Assembly (NCBI GenBank): GCA_030390025.1
Contig: CM059432.1
Coordinates: 23,376,001 to 23,440,000 of the forward strand
Source of the DNA: Squalus acanthias
Lineage: Eukaryota
Length of the DNA: 64,000 nt
Direction: 5' to 3'
Of the stretch, positions 41,301 through 49,463 are shown piece by piece; the first letter of the stretch is position 1; each line of letters begins with the position of its first letter. The notes under the pieces are model-generated. The model saw only the letters and a list, made by a program, of their open reading frames with translations. It had not been told where the DNA came from and ran no database searches. The position numbers were made by a program, and so were the translations under genes.

Positions 41301-44300
41301 GGACACTTTAGGAACTTTCAAGCGGTTATTGGATAAGCACATGGAGCACACCAGAGTGATAGGGAGTGTGATAGCTTGATCTTGGTCTCGGACAATGCTC
41401 GGCACAACATCGAGGGCCGAAGGGCCTGTACTGTGCTGTACTGTTCTATGTTCTATGTTCTATGTTAGGTTACAGGGAGCGGGCTGGAAATTGGACAGGA
41501 GTTTGAGTTCGGATCGGTCAAGGTCCTGTGGGTGGCGGAGCGGGCCCAGGGGCCGAGTGGCCTGGTCCTGCTCCCACTTCTTGTGTTCTTTAGAGTTGAG
41601 GTTGGATCAGATCAGCCATGATCTCATTGAATGGCAGAGCAGGCTCGAGGGGCCAAGTGGTCTACTCCTGCTCCTATTTCTTATGTTCTTATACAAAGAT
41701 GGGAGGGAAAGTAGAAAGTGAGGAGGACATAAAAAACCTACAAGGGGATATAGACAGGCTGGGTGAGTGGGCGGAGATTTGGCAGATGCAATACAATATT
41801 GGAAAATGTGAGGTTATGCACTTTGGCAGGAAAAATCAGAGAGCAAGTTATTATCTTAATGGCGAGAAACTGGGAAGTACAGCAGTACAAAGGGATCTGG
41901 GGGTCCTAGTGCAAGAAAATCAAAACGTTAGTATGCAGGTGCAGCAGGTGATCAAGAAGGCCAACGGAATGTTGGCTTTTATTGCTAGGGGGATAGATTA
42001 TAAAAACAGGGAGGTATTGCTGCAGTTATATAAGGTATTGGTGAGACCGCACCTGGAATACTGCATACAGTTTTGGTGTCCATACTTAAGAAAAGACATA
42101 CTTGCTCTCGAGGCAGTACAAAGAAGGTTCACTCGGTTAATCCCGGAGATGAGGGGGTGGACATATGAGGAGAGGTTGAGTAGATTGGGACTCTACTCAT
42201 TGGAGTTCAGAAGAATGAGAGGCGATCTTATTGAAACATATAAGATTGTGAAGGGACTTGATCGGGTGGATGCGGTAAGGATGTTCCCAAGGATGGGTGA
42301 AACTAGAACTAGGGGGCATAATCTTAGAATAAGGGGCTACTCTTTCAAAACTGAGATGAGGAGAAACTTCTTCACTCAGAGGGTAGTAGGTCTGTGGAAT
42401 TTGCTGCCCCAGGAAGCTCTGGAAGCTAAATCATTAAATAAATTTAAAACAGAAATAGACAGTTTCCTAGAAGTAAACGGAATTATGGGTTACGGGGAGC
42501 GGGCAGGAAATTGGACATGAGGCTGAGTTCGGATCGGTCAAGGCCCTGTGGGTGGCGGAGCGGGCCCAGGGGCTGAGTGGCCGAGTCCTGCTCCTACTTC
42601 TTGTGTTCTTTAGATTTGAGGTGAGGATCAGATCAGCCATGATCTTATTGAATGGCGGAGCAGGCTCGAGGGGCCGATTGGCCTACTCCTGCTCCTATTT
42701 CTTATGTTCTTATGTTCTTATAATGAGTTATGTACTCTGCCACAAGAGCTATCAGGTGCATTTCTGGGCAAAGTTCCTTTTAAAGTTTGAGAACTTGCCT
42801 GGTAAGTCATCTTGTCCAATCCTAATATTAGGACACACAGTGCTGTCATCCAGACCATTGAAGTTCAGTCTGTGTTCTACTGCTGGATAAAAAGAAAACA
42901 TAATTAGACCGGTGGCTAGTATATTAAACCTATCAATTAGATACAGATGTATGGTATTCACATTCAGTGTAATTGTAGAGTTAAGAGTCAGAAGGCTTAG
43001 GGTTAGACTTCCACTGAAGGGACTTGATCACCTAATCTCGGCTGACACTTCAGTGCAGTACTGAGGGAGTGCTGCACTGTCAGAGGTGCTGTCTTCAGTA
43101 TGAGACGTTAAACCAGTCTGTCCTCTCAAGTGGATGTTAAAGATCCCACGGCACTATTCGAATAAGAGCAGGGTAGTTCTCCCAGTTGTGAAAAGCACTA
43201 TATAAATGCAAGATCTTTATTTATTTAAATGAAATAGTTTTTAAAAAGAGGCTGGGAGGTTAGGGCAGTGTGTATCTTTTTTTGTAACTATTGGAGAAGA
43301 GAAATGTTTGTTTTGGATACTGGACTATAGATTTAAGTAAAACTAGAGGGAAATCGGATGAAGAATGTAAATGGGATAAAGGCTCACCAGCTGGAATTAT
43401 AAACAAAGTGTTTTTTGTGAATGCACTAATCAGGAAGAACTGGTTAACAGTCCATAGATTGTAAGTGGAAGGGAATTAAGGAGTTCCACAGACTAGATGT
43501 CCTGGGAAAGTAGGAGTAGATGCAATAAGTCTGGACTTATACATGGTACAGATGCGGGTTGGTGCAGGTGGTCCATAAATTAGTCGAGGGTTTGAGGCGA
43601 GAGAAGGACTGCCCAACAGACAACAAGCTTTTCCTTGTATCCTATCCAGGAGTACTATCCATAAACCCATGGCAATAATAACCTCTAAACTGTGAAATTC
43701 TTGGAGACTGGATGGCAGTGAGCACATGCTTATATGGCACTAGAAATACATGTGCAATTACAATTTGGAGCATTGACTGCATCTTTCCATTAATTTCACC
43801 AGAAGGCACAGCCAGATACCACCTGCAAAAACACATGGTTAATTGTGAATTAAAGATTATCTGCTTATACCTGGTAAACACGACCTTTGCCTGAGGGGGT
43901 CGGATAGGAATTTTCCAGATTTTTTTTCCCTTATTGGCCCAGGACATTTTTTCTGTTTTTTACCTTCTCCCAGGAGATGACATGGCTGCTGGGGGGTGTG
44001 GTGGATGGCAGCATGGGGTAGGAAGTGTCCAGTCATGCTGCTCCAGGCATTGCGAGTGTGGGGCAAGCTTTATGGACCAGCTGGTCTTTTCCTGCCCGTC
44101 ATTTTCGTATGTTTGTAATATTTTTTGCAGCATCACAGAAGTCGAATGCATTCTTATTAAACGACATTTTACTTACTACACAATACTGGAGACCAAAATA
44201 CTGTCTGTAAGGTTGCAAAAGTGAAAATACACAGCTTCACCACGAATCCCTCCTGTTTTTTCCTGGTTCAAGGCAAAATTAAAAATTAAACAAATGTCAA

Positions 44301-47300
44301 AAATCATTAAACCAACAATAGCAACGTCATACGTAATCAAATGATAATAGTTATTATCAAAGGGGCTGTCTTCAAGGGAAAGTGTTTCGAAAACAACTCT
44401 TTTTAGGGGGCTGGAAGAAGCGCAATTGGAGCCATTTGTTATTTTCATCATGATGGTATCAGCTACATAACAGTCATTTCAGTCTGATTTATGTCATGCT
44501 TGTAAACAAAAAGAATATAGGTTTGTCAAACACTTTCTCATGAAGATAATGCCCCATTAATGCTATTCATTTTCAAAATAATGTTCATAAATTAAACATA
44601 TATCAAAATGGCAACTAAACGGTGTATGTATCATCTAAAATATAATCTATAATATATAAAGAGACTCCTATCTTTCATATACTGCCACATCCAGTTCGGT
44701 TTTGGAGCAAGAATATGCAGAGCCACAGAATGGCAGAGTATAGGGTTGATTCCTCCTCTCTAAGGTTCTGATGCCAGATGCATTGAGAGAACAAGCACAG
44801 CAGAGGCCAAGTATTTTTTTTTGTGGGGCTGGGGGGTGCTGGATGAGATAGGGATCCTAAGCCTACCATTAGGCAACTATGACGTTGACAATTGGCCAAA
44901 AGCATCATTGGGAGCATCATGGCTGTCTTGCTCTCTCCCAGAGGGTTCCAATGAGGTCAGAATATAGGAAACCTGCCTGTCCCTGTAGGAAGGTTGATAT
45001 TTTAAAAAGCCACAGTTGCCTTAATTAGGTTTTTATACTCCCTGCTGTGTAAGTATGCTCAACATCTGTCCATTGCAATAAAAAGAACAGAAAACAGGGT
45101 TTTATTGAAACTATTAAGTATTGTATACAATGCCAACTAGTGAGTTATTCAATATTGGATTTGCTCTGATATTTTATGAGGTTATCAGACCTCCTCAACT
45201 GAATGACAGTTTTGGAACTCACTGCTGCCATCTGTTGTCCTGTGTGTAACTGACTCCCAGCAATTTATAATTTGTGCAACTTTCTGCCAGCCAGCTATAT
45301 ATGAGGTTTCCAACCTATGGGCCAGAAGTTACATGTGGCCTTCAAGCCCTGGTCCTGAAAGCCCAGGCTGCTCAGTTCTATTTGCATGTATATTACTTAT
45401 TTGCAGTTTTGTCCTGTTTGAGTTTTTGTGGAGGTTTAGAAAAGAGGTTTTTAGTGCTTTTGCCTCATAGGAACATAGAAACAGGAGTAAGCCGTTCAGC
45501 GTTTCAAGCCTGTTCCACCATTCAATTAGATCATGGCTGATCCATACCTCAACTCCATTTACCCAGATTTTCTCCCTTGATTTCCTTAACCTAATAAAAA
45601 TCTATCAATCTCAATCTTAAAAATTTCTATTGACCCAACAACCACAGCCTGTTGGGGGAGAGTGTTCCATATTTCCACTACCCTTTGTGTGAAAAAGTGC
45701 TTCATCATTTCACTCCTAAATGGCCTAGCTCTAATTTTAAGATTATGCCCTCTTGTTCTGGATTCTCCCACCAAAAGAAATAATTTCTCTGTATCTACTC
45801 TATCAAATCTGTTTATCACTTTAAACTCCTGAATTAGGGCACCCCTCAATCTTCCAAACTCAAGGGAATGTAAACCAAGTTTATGCAACCTGTCCTCATA
45901 ATTCAACCCTTTAAGCTCTGGTATCAATCTGGTGAATCTGTGCTGTACCCTCTCCAAGGTCAATAAATCTTTGCTGAGATTTAGTGCCCAAATCTGAATG
46001 CAATACTCCAGATGGAACTTGACCAAGGCTCTGTACAACTGAGGCATCACTTCCTCACTTTTGAATTACAGCCCCCTTGAGATAAAGGCCAACATTCCTT
46101 CACCTTTTTGTACCTGTTAAATACCTTTTAGTGATTTCTGTACATGGACACCAAAGTCCCTTTGCTCCTCCATAGCTCCTGGTCTCTCACTATTAAGAAA
46201 ATGTTCTGGTTTGTCTTTGTCTGATCCAAAGTGGTTGACCTCACACTTCCCCACATTGAACTCCATCTGCCATAGTTTTATCCAGTCACTTAGTCTGTCT
46301 ATGTCCCTTTGTAACTTCCTGCTCCCATCTACATAACGTACTGTGCCTAACTTAGTGTCATCTTCAACTTGGATATACAACTCTCTATTCCTTCATCAAG
46401 TCTTTAATATGTATGCTGTAAAGCTGAGGCCACAGTACTGATCACTGGGGAACACCATTTGTCACATCCCACCAATCCAAGAACATTCCTTTTACCCCTA
46501 TTCTCTATCTCCTACGTCCCAACCAATTACTGACCCATGTCACAAGGTCTCCATTGCTGTGTGTTCTTATTTTTGCCATAATCTCTTGTGCAGAATCTTA
46601 TCAAATGCCTACGGACATCCACATAGACAACATCCATAGACACTCCCCTATACACTATGCTAGAAATCTCCTCAAAAAACTCAACTAGATTAGTGAGACA
46701 TGACCTACCCTTCGCAAATACATGCTGACTCGCTTTTATCAGTTGATACTTGTCCAAATGCTTAGTCACTCTGTCTCTGATAAATCCTAAATCATAATAC
46801 TAAGATCTATTAGTATCAGCAATTTGAGATATATGTAACTTAATAGGAACATGGATTTAATCTTTCTATGTAGCCCCTGAGCCCCCATTGTACACACATA
46901 TTCAACCCATGAAGACAAAAGATTGGATACCCTTGTTCCATTTGAATCACTGCCAGCAATTTAGTATCATGTGTAATTCAATGCACACAATTCATTAACC
47001 TTTATTTAACTCACTACCAACTATCTTCTATTTAATGCATAGAAAAATATGTTTCCCAAAATATGATTATATATTTTGTTCCCTTTCCAAGTCTTCTACC
47101 AGACAAGATGGCCAGATGTGGTCTATGACTAACTTGAAACATGACATGTGCTAAGTGTAGCATGCTTGGGAGGAAAATGGTGACTTTGGACCTATGGTTC
47201 CCACAGCTCTCTACAACTGGGTATTTTTCTCGTGTCATTTCTGGGTCTGTTGTAGACTAATTGACAGAGATTGATTGCTCTGATTAGTCAACAACTCCAT

Positions 47301-48977
47301 TATCATTATATCATGCAACTACCAGGATTGTAGAGGATGAACTAGATAGACCTTGGTCTGTTTTTCTTCTAGCAATTCCTATGTTCCTATGTGGTGTCCT
47401 ACCGTCTTCTCCATGACCACTGTCAATATCACTTTACGCAAATGCCAGCTTCCTTTCGATACTTAAAGAAATAGCAGTAGTGCATGACACGTCTTTTCAC
47501 TCACCCACACAGACAGGAAACAGCATTGAGAGCCAATATGAGACAGCTCACGACCAAAACCAAGACCACCCTCTCATGGCAACAAGGTGAATGAAAAAGA
47601 TGGAGAAATAGCAACAACAAAAAAGTGAAATTTCAAAGCAAACTCCGCAGAATCATCTAACTAGATGACGAACCCGAATGATAACAAGTCAAACCCGTGC
47701 CGAAAAATCTGATTGTCTTCAAATTCCGTTTTAAAAATCAGTTTGATTCAGGTGATTTCATAGTGGTCCAACTGAAGACCTGTTTGGACCCAGCGACCAG
47801 TGTTTGAAATAGAAGTACATGACACAGAAGCAGGCCATCCAGCCCAGTCAGTCTGTATGGGCGTTTATCTTCCATGTGAGCAAATACTCTAATCATATTT
47901 ATCTGGCCTGCTCCCATATCCCTATATCCCCTTTTCCTTCATTCACCTGTCCAATCTAAATTAAGAATTGACATAGTTTATGCCTCTGGAGTTGATCTGA
48001 TATTTGGCTACAATCAGAAAGCTTATTTCAACAACAACAACAAGTATTTATATAGCACCTTCAACATAGTTAAACGTCCCAAGGCGCTTCACAGGAGCGT
48101 TATAAAACAAAATTTGACACCGATCCACATAAGGAGATATTAGGGCAGGTGACCAAAAACTTCGTCAAAGAGGTAGGTTTTAAGGAACGTCTCAAAGGAG
48201 GAAAGAGTAGTGAGGTGAAGAGGTTTAGTCAGGGAATTCCAGGATTTAGGGCCTTGGCACGGCTACCAATTGGTGGAGCGATTGAAATCGGGGATGCTGA
48301 AGAGACCAGGATTAGAGGAGCGCAGATATACCCGATGTATAGTTTCATCTAAACATAGCATCCACTGTCTGATGTGACTAAACTTTAAACTTAAACTTTT
48401 GGCTGCGTTAGTTTTTTTTTAAAAGACAGTCATCAGAAGCCATAACACTTTAAACACCAACTAGCAGAACTGTTACAGAAGTTTACAGTTAGGCTCTTTA
48501 AATTCTAGCTCTGCAAAGCTCTTTCTCGCTTGTTTTACTTTTAACCTCTGGTAGAAATTAAGCCGTTTAATCATACAAACGACATGATTTATGGTTTTCA
48601 TCCTCACTTAACACTCAACAAATCCTTTGTATTATAACGTCACATTATATTTATATTTATTTGCAAACGCAAACTAAATGCACATTAGATTATTTTCCTC
48701 TGTGAATTTGCCCCATGAGGTTTGTTGATATAATGCTGTAACTTTTTATGGGTTTAAGGATGCTTGAGTAGAACGGTGACCTTTACGAAAATAATCGCGG
48801 CCCATATTAAATCAATCGAAAATTCATTGAGATGTCGTTTTAGACAATATGATTTGCTGCAATTATTTTAAAATTGCAAATATATTAATTGGTTAAAAGT
48901 TATATGCAGCACAGCTAAATTATTTTTAAAATGGAATGGAAGTCCTACCTTGATCCGTGGAACAAATCCAATCCCAT
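8315..48977 (-). CDS. COL9A1: Collagen type IX alpha-1-like (FACIT) gene, 5' part; 10 coding exons in window, continues beyond the left edge
   Basis: Manually spliced exons 48949-48977, 44177-44262, 42799-42882, 37573-37702, 32486-32882, 28919-28999, 14677-14829, 13244-13279, 9140-9211, 8315-8359 join in one frame with matching phases. Product contains [48 protein letters not shown] and [12 protein letters not shown], recognisable as the COL9A1 NC4 domain, then Gly-X-Y. May be a paralogue rather than the true orthologue. Confidence 0.88.
9140..9211 (-). CDS. COL9A1: Collagen exon, 72 bp ([24 protein letters not shown])
   Basis: ctgcag| acceptor, |gtaagt donor, eight Gly-X-Y triplets. Confidence 0.92.
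9868..10065 (-). mobile_element. L2-clade LINE 3' end
   Basis: Ends in aaggcgctatataaatacaagttgttgttg; same family at 48028-48330 (-), 29585-29785 (+) and ~21150-21305 (+). Confidence 0.7.
11575..11930 (+). mobile_element. CR1 LINE 3' fragment with long 3' UTR (sister copy 47030-47392)
   Basis: FK*KLDRLL-type ORF2 end; shared 3' UTR (gtgactttggacctatggttc...ttagtcaacaactccattatc) and ttcttatgttcc tail. Confidence 0.7.
12116..12814. mobile_element. Non-autonomous Harbinger-like MITE
   Basis: GGGGGCAAAATT start and AATTTCTCCCC end (imperfect TIR), GC-rich, several internal hairpins. Confidence 0.6.
13244..13279 (-). CDS. COL9A1: Collagen exon, 36 bp ([12 protein letters not shown])
   Basis: ttgcag| acceptor, |gtaagt donor, four Gly-X-Y triplets. 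Confidence 0.9.
14120..14420 (+). mobile_element. CR1 LINE 3' fragment
   Basis: [17 protein letters not shown] coding end plus ttcctatgttc tail. Confidence 0.8.
14677..14829 (-). CDS. COL9A1: Collagen exon: linker plus first 13 Gly-X-Y triplets ([24 protein letters not shown]...GLDGRAGVD)
   Basis: tttcctttag| acceptor, GAT|gtaagt donor, 153 bp, phase 0-0. Confidence 0.88.
15754..15927. mobile_element. 174-bp Harbinger/Tourist-like MITE
   Basis: TIRs GGGGTGAAATCGGT / ACCAATTTCACCCC, 3-bp TSD CAT (15751-15753, 15928-15930), partly palindromic interior. Confidence 0.8.
16960..18960 (+). mobile_element. Harbinger relic carrying a degraded Myb/SANT gene
   Basis: EPRFSD...[27 protein letters not shown] at ~17736-17912, donor gtaaga at 17941; boundaries approximate. 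Confidence 0.7.
18980..19680 (+). mobile_element. CR1 LINE 3' fragment
   Basis: [17 protein letters not shown]...LRGDRIEV...TRGHSLKI; (ttcctatg)n tail. Confidence 0.9.
19690..20995 (-). mobile_element. Harbinger relic (Myb/SANT exon remnants, TIR-like end GAATTTCTGGGCC)
   Basis: 20470-20700 reverse strand resembles the Myb exon at 59100-59320 (VAEEVNARS...QCRIKFND). Confidence 0.65.
21455..22208. mobile_element. Non-autonomous Harbinger element with central fold-back
   Basis: TIRs GGGCTGGATTTT / AAAATCCAGCCC, TSD CTG (21452-21454, 22209-22211); 38-bp perfect internal inverted repeat 21862-21899 / 21939-21976. Confidence 0.82.
23345..23715 (+). mobile_element. CR1 LINE 3' fragment
   Basis: [16 protein letters not shown]...SRTRGHS and ggctcgaggggccgattggcctactcctgctcc tail. 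Confidence 0.88.
24000..24145 (-). mobile_element. CR1 3' tail fragment nested in an older SINE-like repeat
   Basis: Reverse complement of the CR1 tail with (taagaaca)n. Confidence 0.8.
25855..26690 (+). mobile_element. CR1 LINE 3' fragment (ORF2 C-terminal part)
   Basis: [13 protein letters not shown]...QRDLGV...[19 protein letters not shown]...[10 protein letters not shown] in ORF 25794-26615. Confidence 0.92.
27012..27476 (-). mobile_element. tRNA-derived SINE, SacSINE1/DeuSINE-like
   Basis: Minus-strand A box TGGCACAGTTGG and B box GGTTCAAGCCC, core ccaatatttatccctcaacc, L2-like tail gaaaggcgctatataaatgcaag plus (tttc)n. Family name is from recollection. Confidence 0.8.
28430..28880. 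repeat. Purine-rich (GA) low-complexity tract
   Basis: About 450 bp of gagagaga/gaaa repeats with a G run, just downstream of exon 6 in transcription sense. Confidence 0.75.
28919..28999 (-). CDS. COL9A1: COL9A1-like exon 6 ([27 protein letters not shown])
   Basis: ttctag| acceptor, CAG|gtaaaa donor, 81 bp, phase 0; [12 protein letters not shown] motif. Confidence 0.93.
29585..29785 (+). mobile_element. L2-clade LINE 3' end
   Basis: [19 protein letters not shown]-terminal motif and tail ending caagttgttgttg. Confidence 0.75.
30900..31350 (+). mobile_element. Degraded CR1 LINE 3' fragment
   Basis: [25 protein letters not shown] sequence; related to the minus-strand copy at ~52330-52670. Confidence 0.7.
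32486..32882 (-). CDS. COL9A1: COL9A1-like exon 5 (core TSPN/LamG NC4 domain)
   Basis: ORF-track peptide [19 protein letters not shown]...[19 protein letters not shown]...[12 protein letters not shown]; ttccag| acceptor, |gtgaga donor; 397 bp. Confidence 0.95.
35342..35480 (-). mobile_element. Penelope-like element terminal (pLTR) fragment
   Basis: caaaatactgcggatgctggaa...aactcagcaggccaggcaacatc block with a hammerhead-like core on the minus strand. Confidence 0.7.
35439..35474 (-). ncRNA. Minimal type I hammerhead ribozyme-like motif
   Basis: AGUU-CUGACGA-A-GGGU(UUCA)ACCU-GAAA-CG-U-U-AACU: core, stem II, palindromic ACGU stem III, stem I AGUU/AACU. Confidence 0.6.
35977..36713. mobile_element. 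Non-autonomous Harbinger-like element
   Basis: Imperfect TIRs GGGCCAGAATTT / GAATTTCTGGGCC, TSD ATT (35974-35976, 36714-36716); shares internal blocks with 54872-55635 in opposite orientation. Confidence 0.75.
36784..36910. repeat. Short imperfect tandem repeat (gactaatattacatgtcctgtaat)
   Basis: Three to four copies visible. Confidence 0.7.
37054..37187. mobile_element. Small MITE-like inverted repeat
   Basis: gaatttcctcagagctgctcc ... ggagcagctcctaggaaattc. Confidence 0.5.
37573..37702 (-). CDS. COL9A1: COL9A1-like exon 4 ([43 protein letters not shown])
   Basis: ctcag|GA acceptor, AG|gtagga donor, 130 bp, phase 1 to 2; NC4 homology. Confidence 0.92.
38440..41467 (+). mobile_element. Young 5'-truncated CR1 LINE with end of ORF1, intact ORF2 and 3' tail
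   Basis: ORF1 end [13 protein letters not shown] (38441-38482), uninterrupted ORF2, tail gggccgaagggcctgt...(ttctatg)n. Confidence 0.95.
38596..41379 (+). CDS. CR1 ORF2: APE-like endonuclease plus reverse transcriptase, 927 codons, no stops
   Basis: YFNARS, AITETW, GDFNFP, LDLVL, SDHN (endonuclease); [38 protein letters not shown] (RT). The listed start is TTG; the frame is open further upstream. Confidence 0.95.
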   Translation: MKCVYFNARSIRNKVGELGAWIGTWDYDVVAITETWLEQGQEWLLEVPGYRCFSKSREVGKKGGGVALLIKDSLTAAERQFEGDLPSEVIWAEVRNRKGAVTLLGVFYRPPNSNKDVEEEIAKQIMNRCGGHRVVVMGDFNFPNIDWNLYRSNSSDGIVFAQCVQEGFLTQYVDRPTRGGATLDLVLGNEPGQVFDLYVGEHFGDSDHNSVTFTIAMERDRAIRQGRVYNWGRGNYDAIRQELGSIRWEQKLSGKGTNEKWSFFMEQLLRVLDRYVPVRQGGNGRVREPWFTKEVECLVKRKKEAYVRMRKQGSVGSIEGYKVARNELKKELRRARRGHEKSLAGRIKKNPKAFYTYVRNKRMTRVRVGPVKDSSGNLCMESEEIGEVMNEYFSSVFTEERGHVLEDESVIKVDRLEVVDVLREDVLAILKNLRVDKSPGPDGIYPRILWEAREEIAEPLALIFGSSLSTGMVPEDWRVANVVPLFKKGNRNDPGNYRPVSLTSVVGKIMEKVLRDRIYDHLERGNLIRDSQHGFVKGKSCLTNLIEFFEEVTKCVDEGRAVDVVYMDFSKAFDKVPHGRLMKKVRSCGIEGNLADWISNWLSHRRQRVVVDGTFSDWRPVTSGVPQGSVLGPLLFVIFINDLEEGTEGWISKFADDTKIGGVVDEVEGSCRLQRDIDRMQSWAEKWQMEFNPDKCEVIHFGRANVNKDYRVNGRVLRNVEEQRDLGVHIHRSLKVATQVDRAVKKAYGVLAFINRGFEFKNREVMLQLYRTLVRPHLEYCVQFWSPHYRKDVEALERVQRRFTRMLPGLGGRSYEERLRELGLFSLERRRMRGDLIEVYKMMRGIDRVDVQRLFPRVEAAVTRGHNYKVHGGRYRRDVRGRFFTQRVVGVWNGLPAVIVESDTLGTFKRLLDKHMEHTRVIGSVIA
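41468..42720 (+). mobile_element. Two further head-to-tail CR1 3' fragments (41468-41690 and 41691-42720)
   Basis: ORF 41618-42520 encodes the CR1 ORF2 C-terminus; both pieces share the same doubled 3' tail. Confidence 0.9.
42799..42882 (-). CDS. COL9A1: COL9A1-like exon 3 ([28 protein letters not shown])
   Basis: Matches the COL9A1 [13 protein letters not shown] motif; polypyrimidine tract plus cag/cag/tag acceptor; non-canonical donor CAG|gcaagt. Confidence 0.88.
43030..43222 (+). mobile_element. SacSINE1-like SINE, internally deleted
   Basis: ctgagggagtgctgcactgtcagaggtgc...aaagatccc...gcactatataaatgcaag. Confidence 0.7.
43880..44112 (+). mobile_element. CR1-family 3' UTR fragment (sister of 51640-52330)
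   Basis: Reverse complement of the ctcctgggaga...ttcctctccgaccccctcagg block at 52230-52322. Confidence 0.65.
44177..44262 (-). CDS. COL9A1: COL9A1-like exon 2 (signal-peptide-like [28 protein letters not shown])
   Basis: Acceptor aaccag|G, donor A|gtaagt, 86 bp, phase 2 to phase 1, exactly bridging exons 1 and 3; basic then hydrophobic residues. Confidence 0.65.
45466..46785 (-). mobile_element. CR1 LINE fragment (RT to 3' tail)
   Basis: ORFs 46527-46769, 46117-46380 and 45586-46050 encode consecutive RT/C-terminal parts. Confidence 0.92.
47030..47392 (+). mobile_element. CR1 3' UTR fragment
   Basis: Close to 11575-11930; ends in ttcctatgttcctatg. Confidence 0.7.
48028..48330 (-). mobile_element. 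L2-clade LINE 3' end
   Basis: Same family as 9868-10065. Confidence 0.75.
48949..48977 (-). CDS. COL9A1: COL9A1-like exon 1, coding part ([10 protein letters not shown])
   Basis: ATG at 48977 (gagaATGG), donor AG|gtagga, ends in phase 2, next to a GC-rich CCAAT-containing region. Confidence 0.65.
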
Positions 48978-49240
48978 TCTCGTTTCAAATTAGGAACCAG
49001 GCAAGTGGTAGAGAAGTAGAGAAGGCGAAGCTTTAGAAGCGATTCATTTGCGCCGCGCAAGGATGCGGCGGAAGGAGTGGAGGCGCAGAGCGAGACTCAG
49101 TTGGAGGTGAGCTGGACTGCCCCTGGCAAAGGCTGGGACCTTGCGCCATCCCATTGGCTGCCAGTCTCATCAGACTTCGCTGGCTCCAACCTTTCTCAAT
49201 AAACTCTCCCGCCTCTGTCCCACCGCGTTGAGTACAAAGG
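48978..49240 (-). promoter_or_regulatory. Putative 5' UTR and proximal promoter of the collagen gene
   Basis: Locally GC/CpG-rich; CCAAT on the minus strand at 49153-49157 and a GC-box-like AGGCGGGA at ~49207-49214, upstream of the exon 1 ATG. Confidence 0.5.
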
Positions 49241-49463
49241 TAGCCAAGGGAAGGTTTTAATTTGCTTCAGCTTTTATGGTGTATTTGCACGGTTGTAAAA
49301 CAGATTCTTCATCCTCCGTACAACCCAGTTTCTGCTTAATGCATAGAATATTGCTTTTGATCTGAGGCTTGGGAATAATTGGTGTGTGCTGGGAACTATA
49401 AGTGGAAAATCGATTAAATTTTACTAATTGTCAATAAGCAATATAAGGTTAATTGAATTGAAA

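Noticed and set aside
44683..44759. Alternative phase-compatible exon 2 candidate ([25 protein letters not shown])
   Set aside because: Weak donor (GCA|gtatat), poor pyrimidine tract and acidic n-region; 44177-44262 has stronger splice sites. Not excluded without RNA data.
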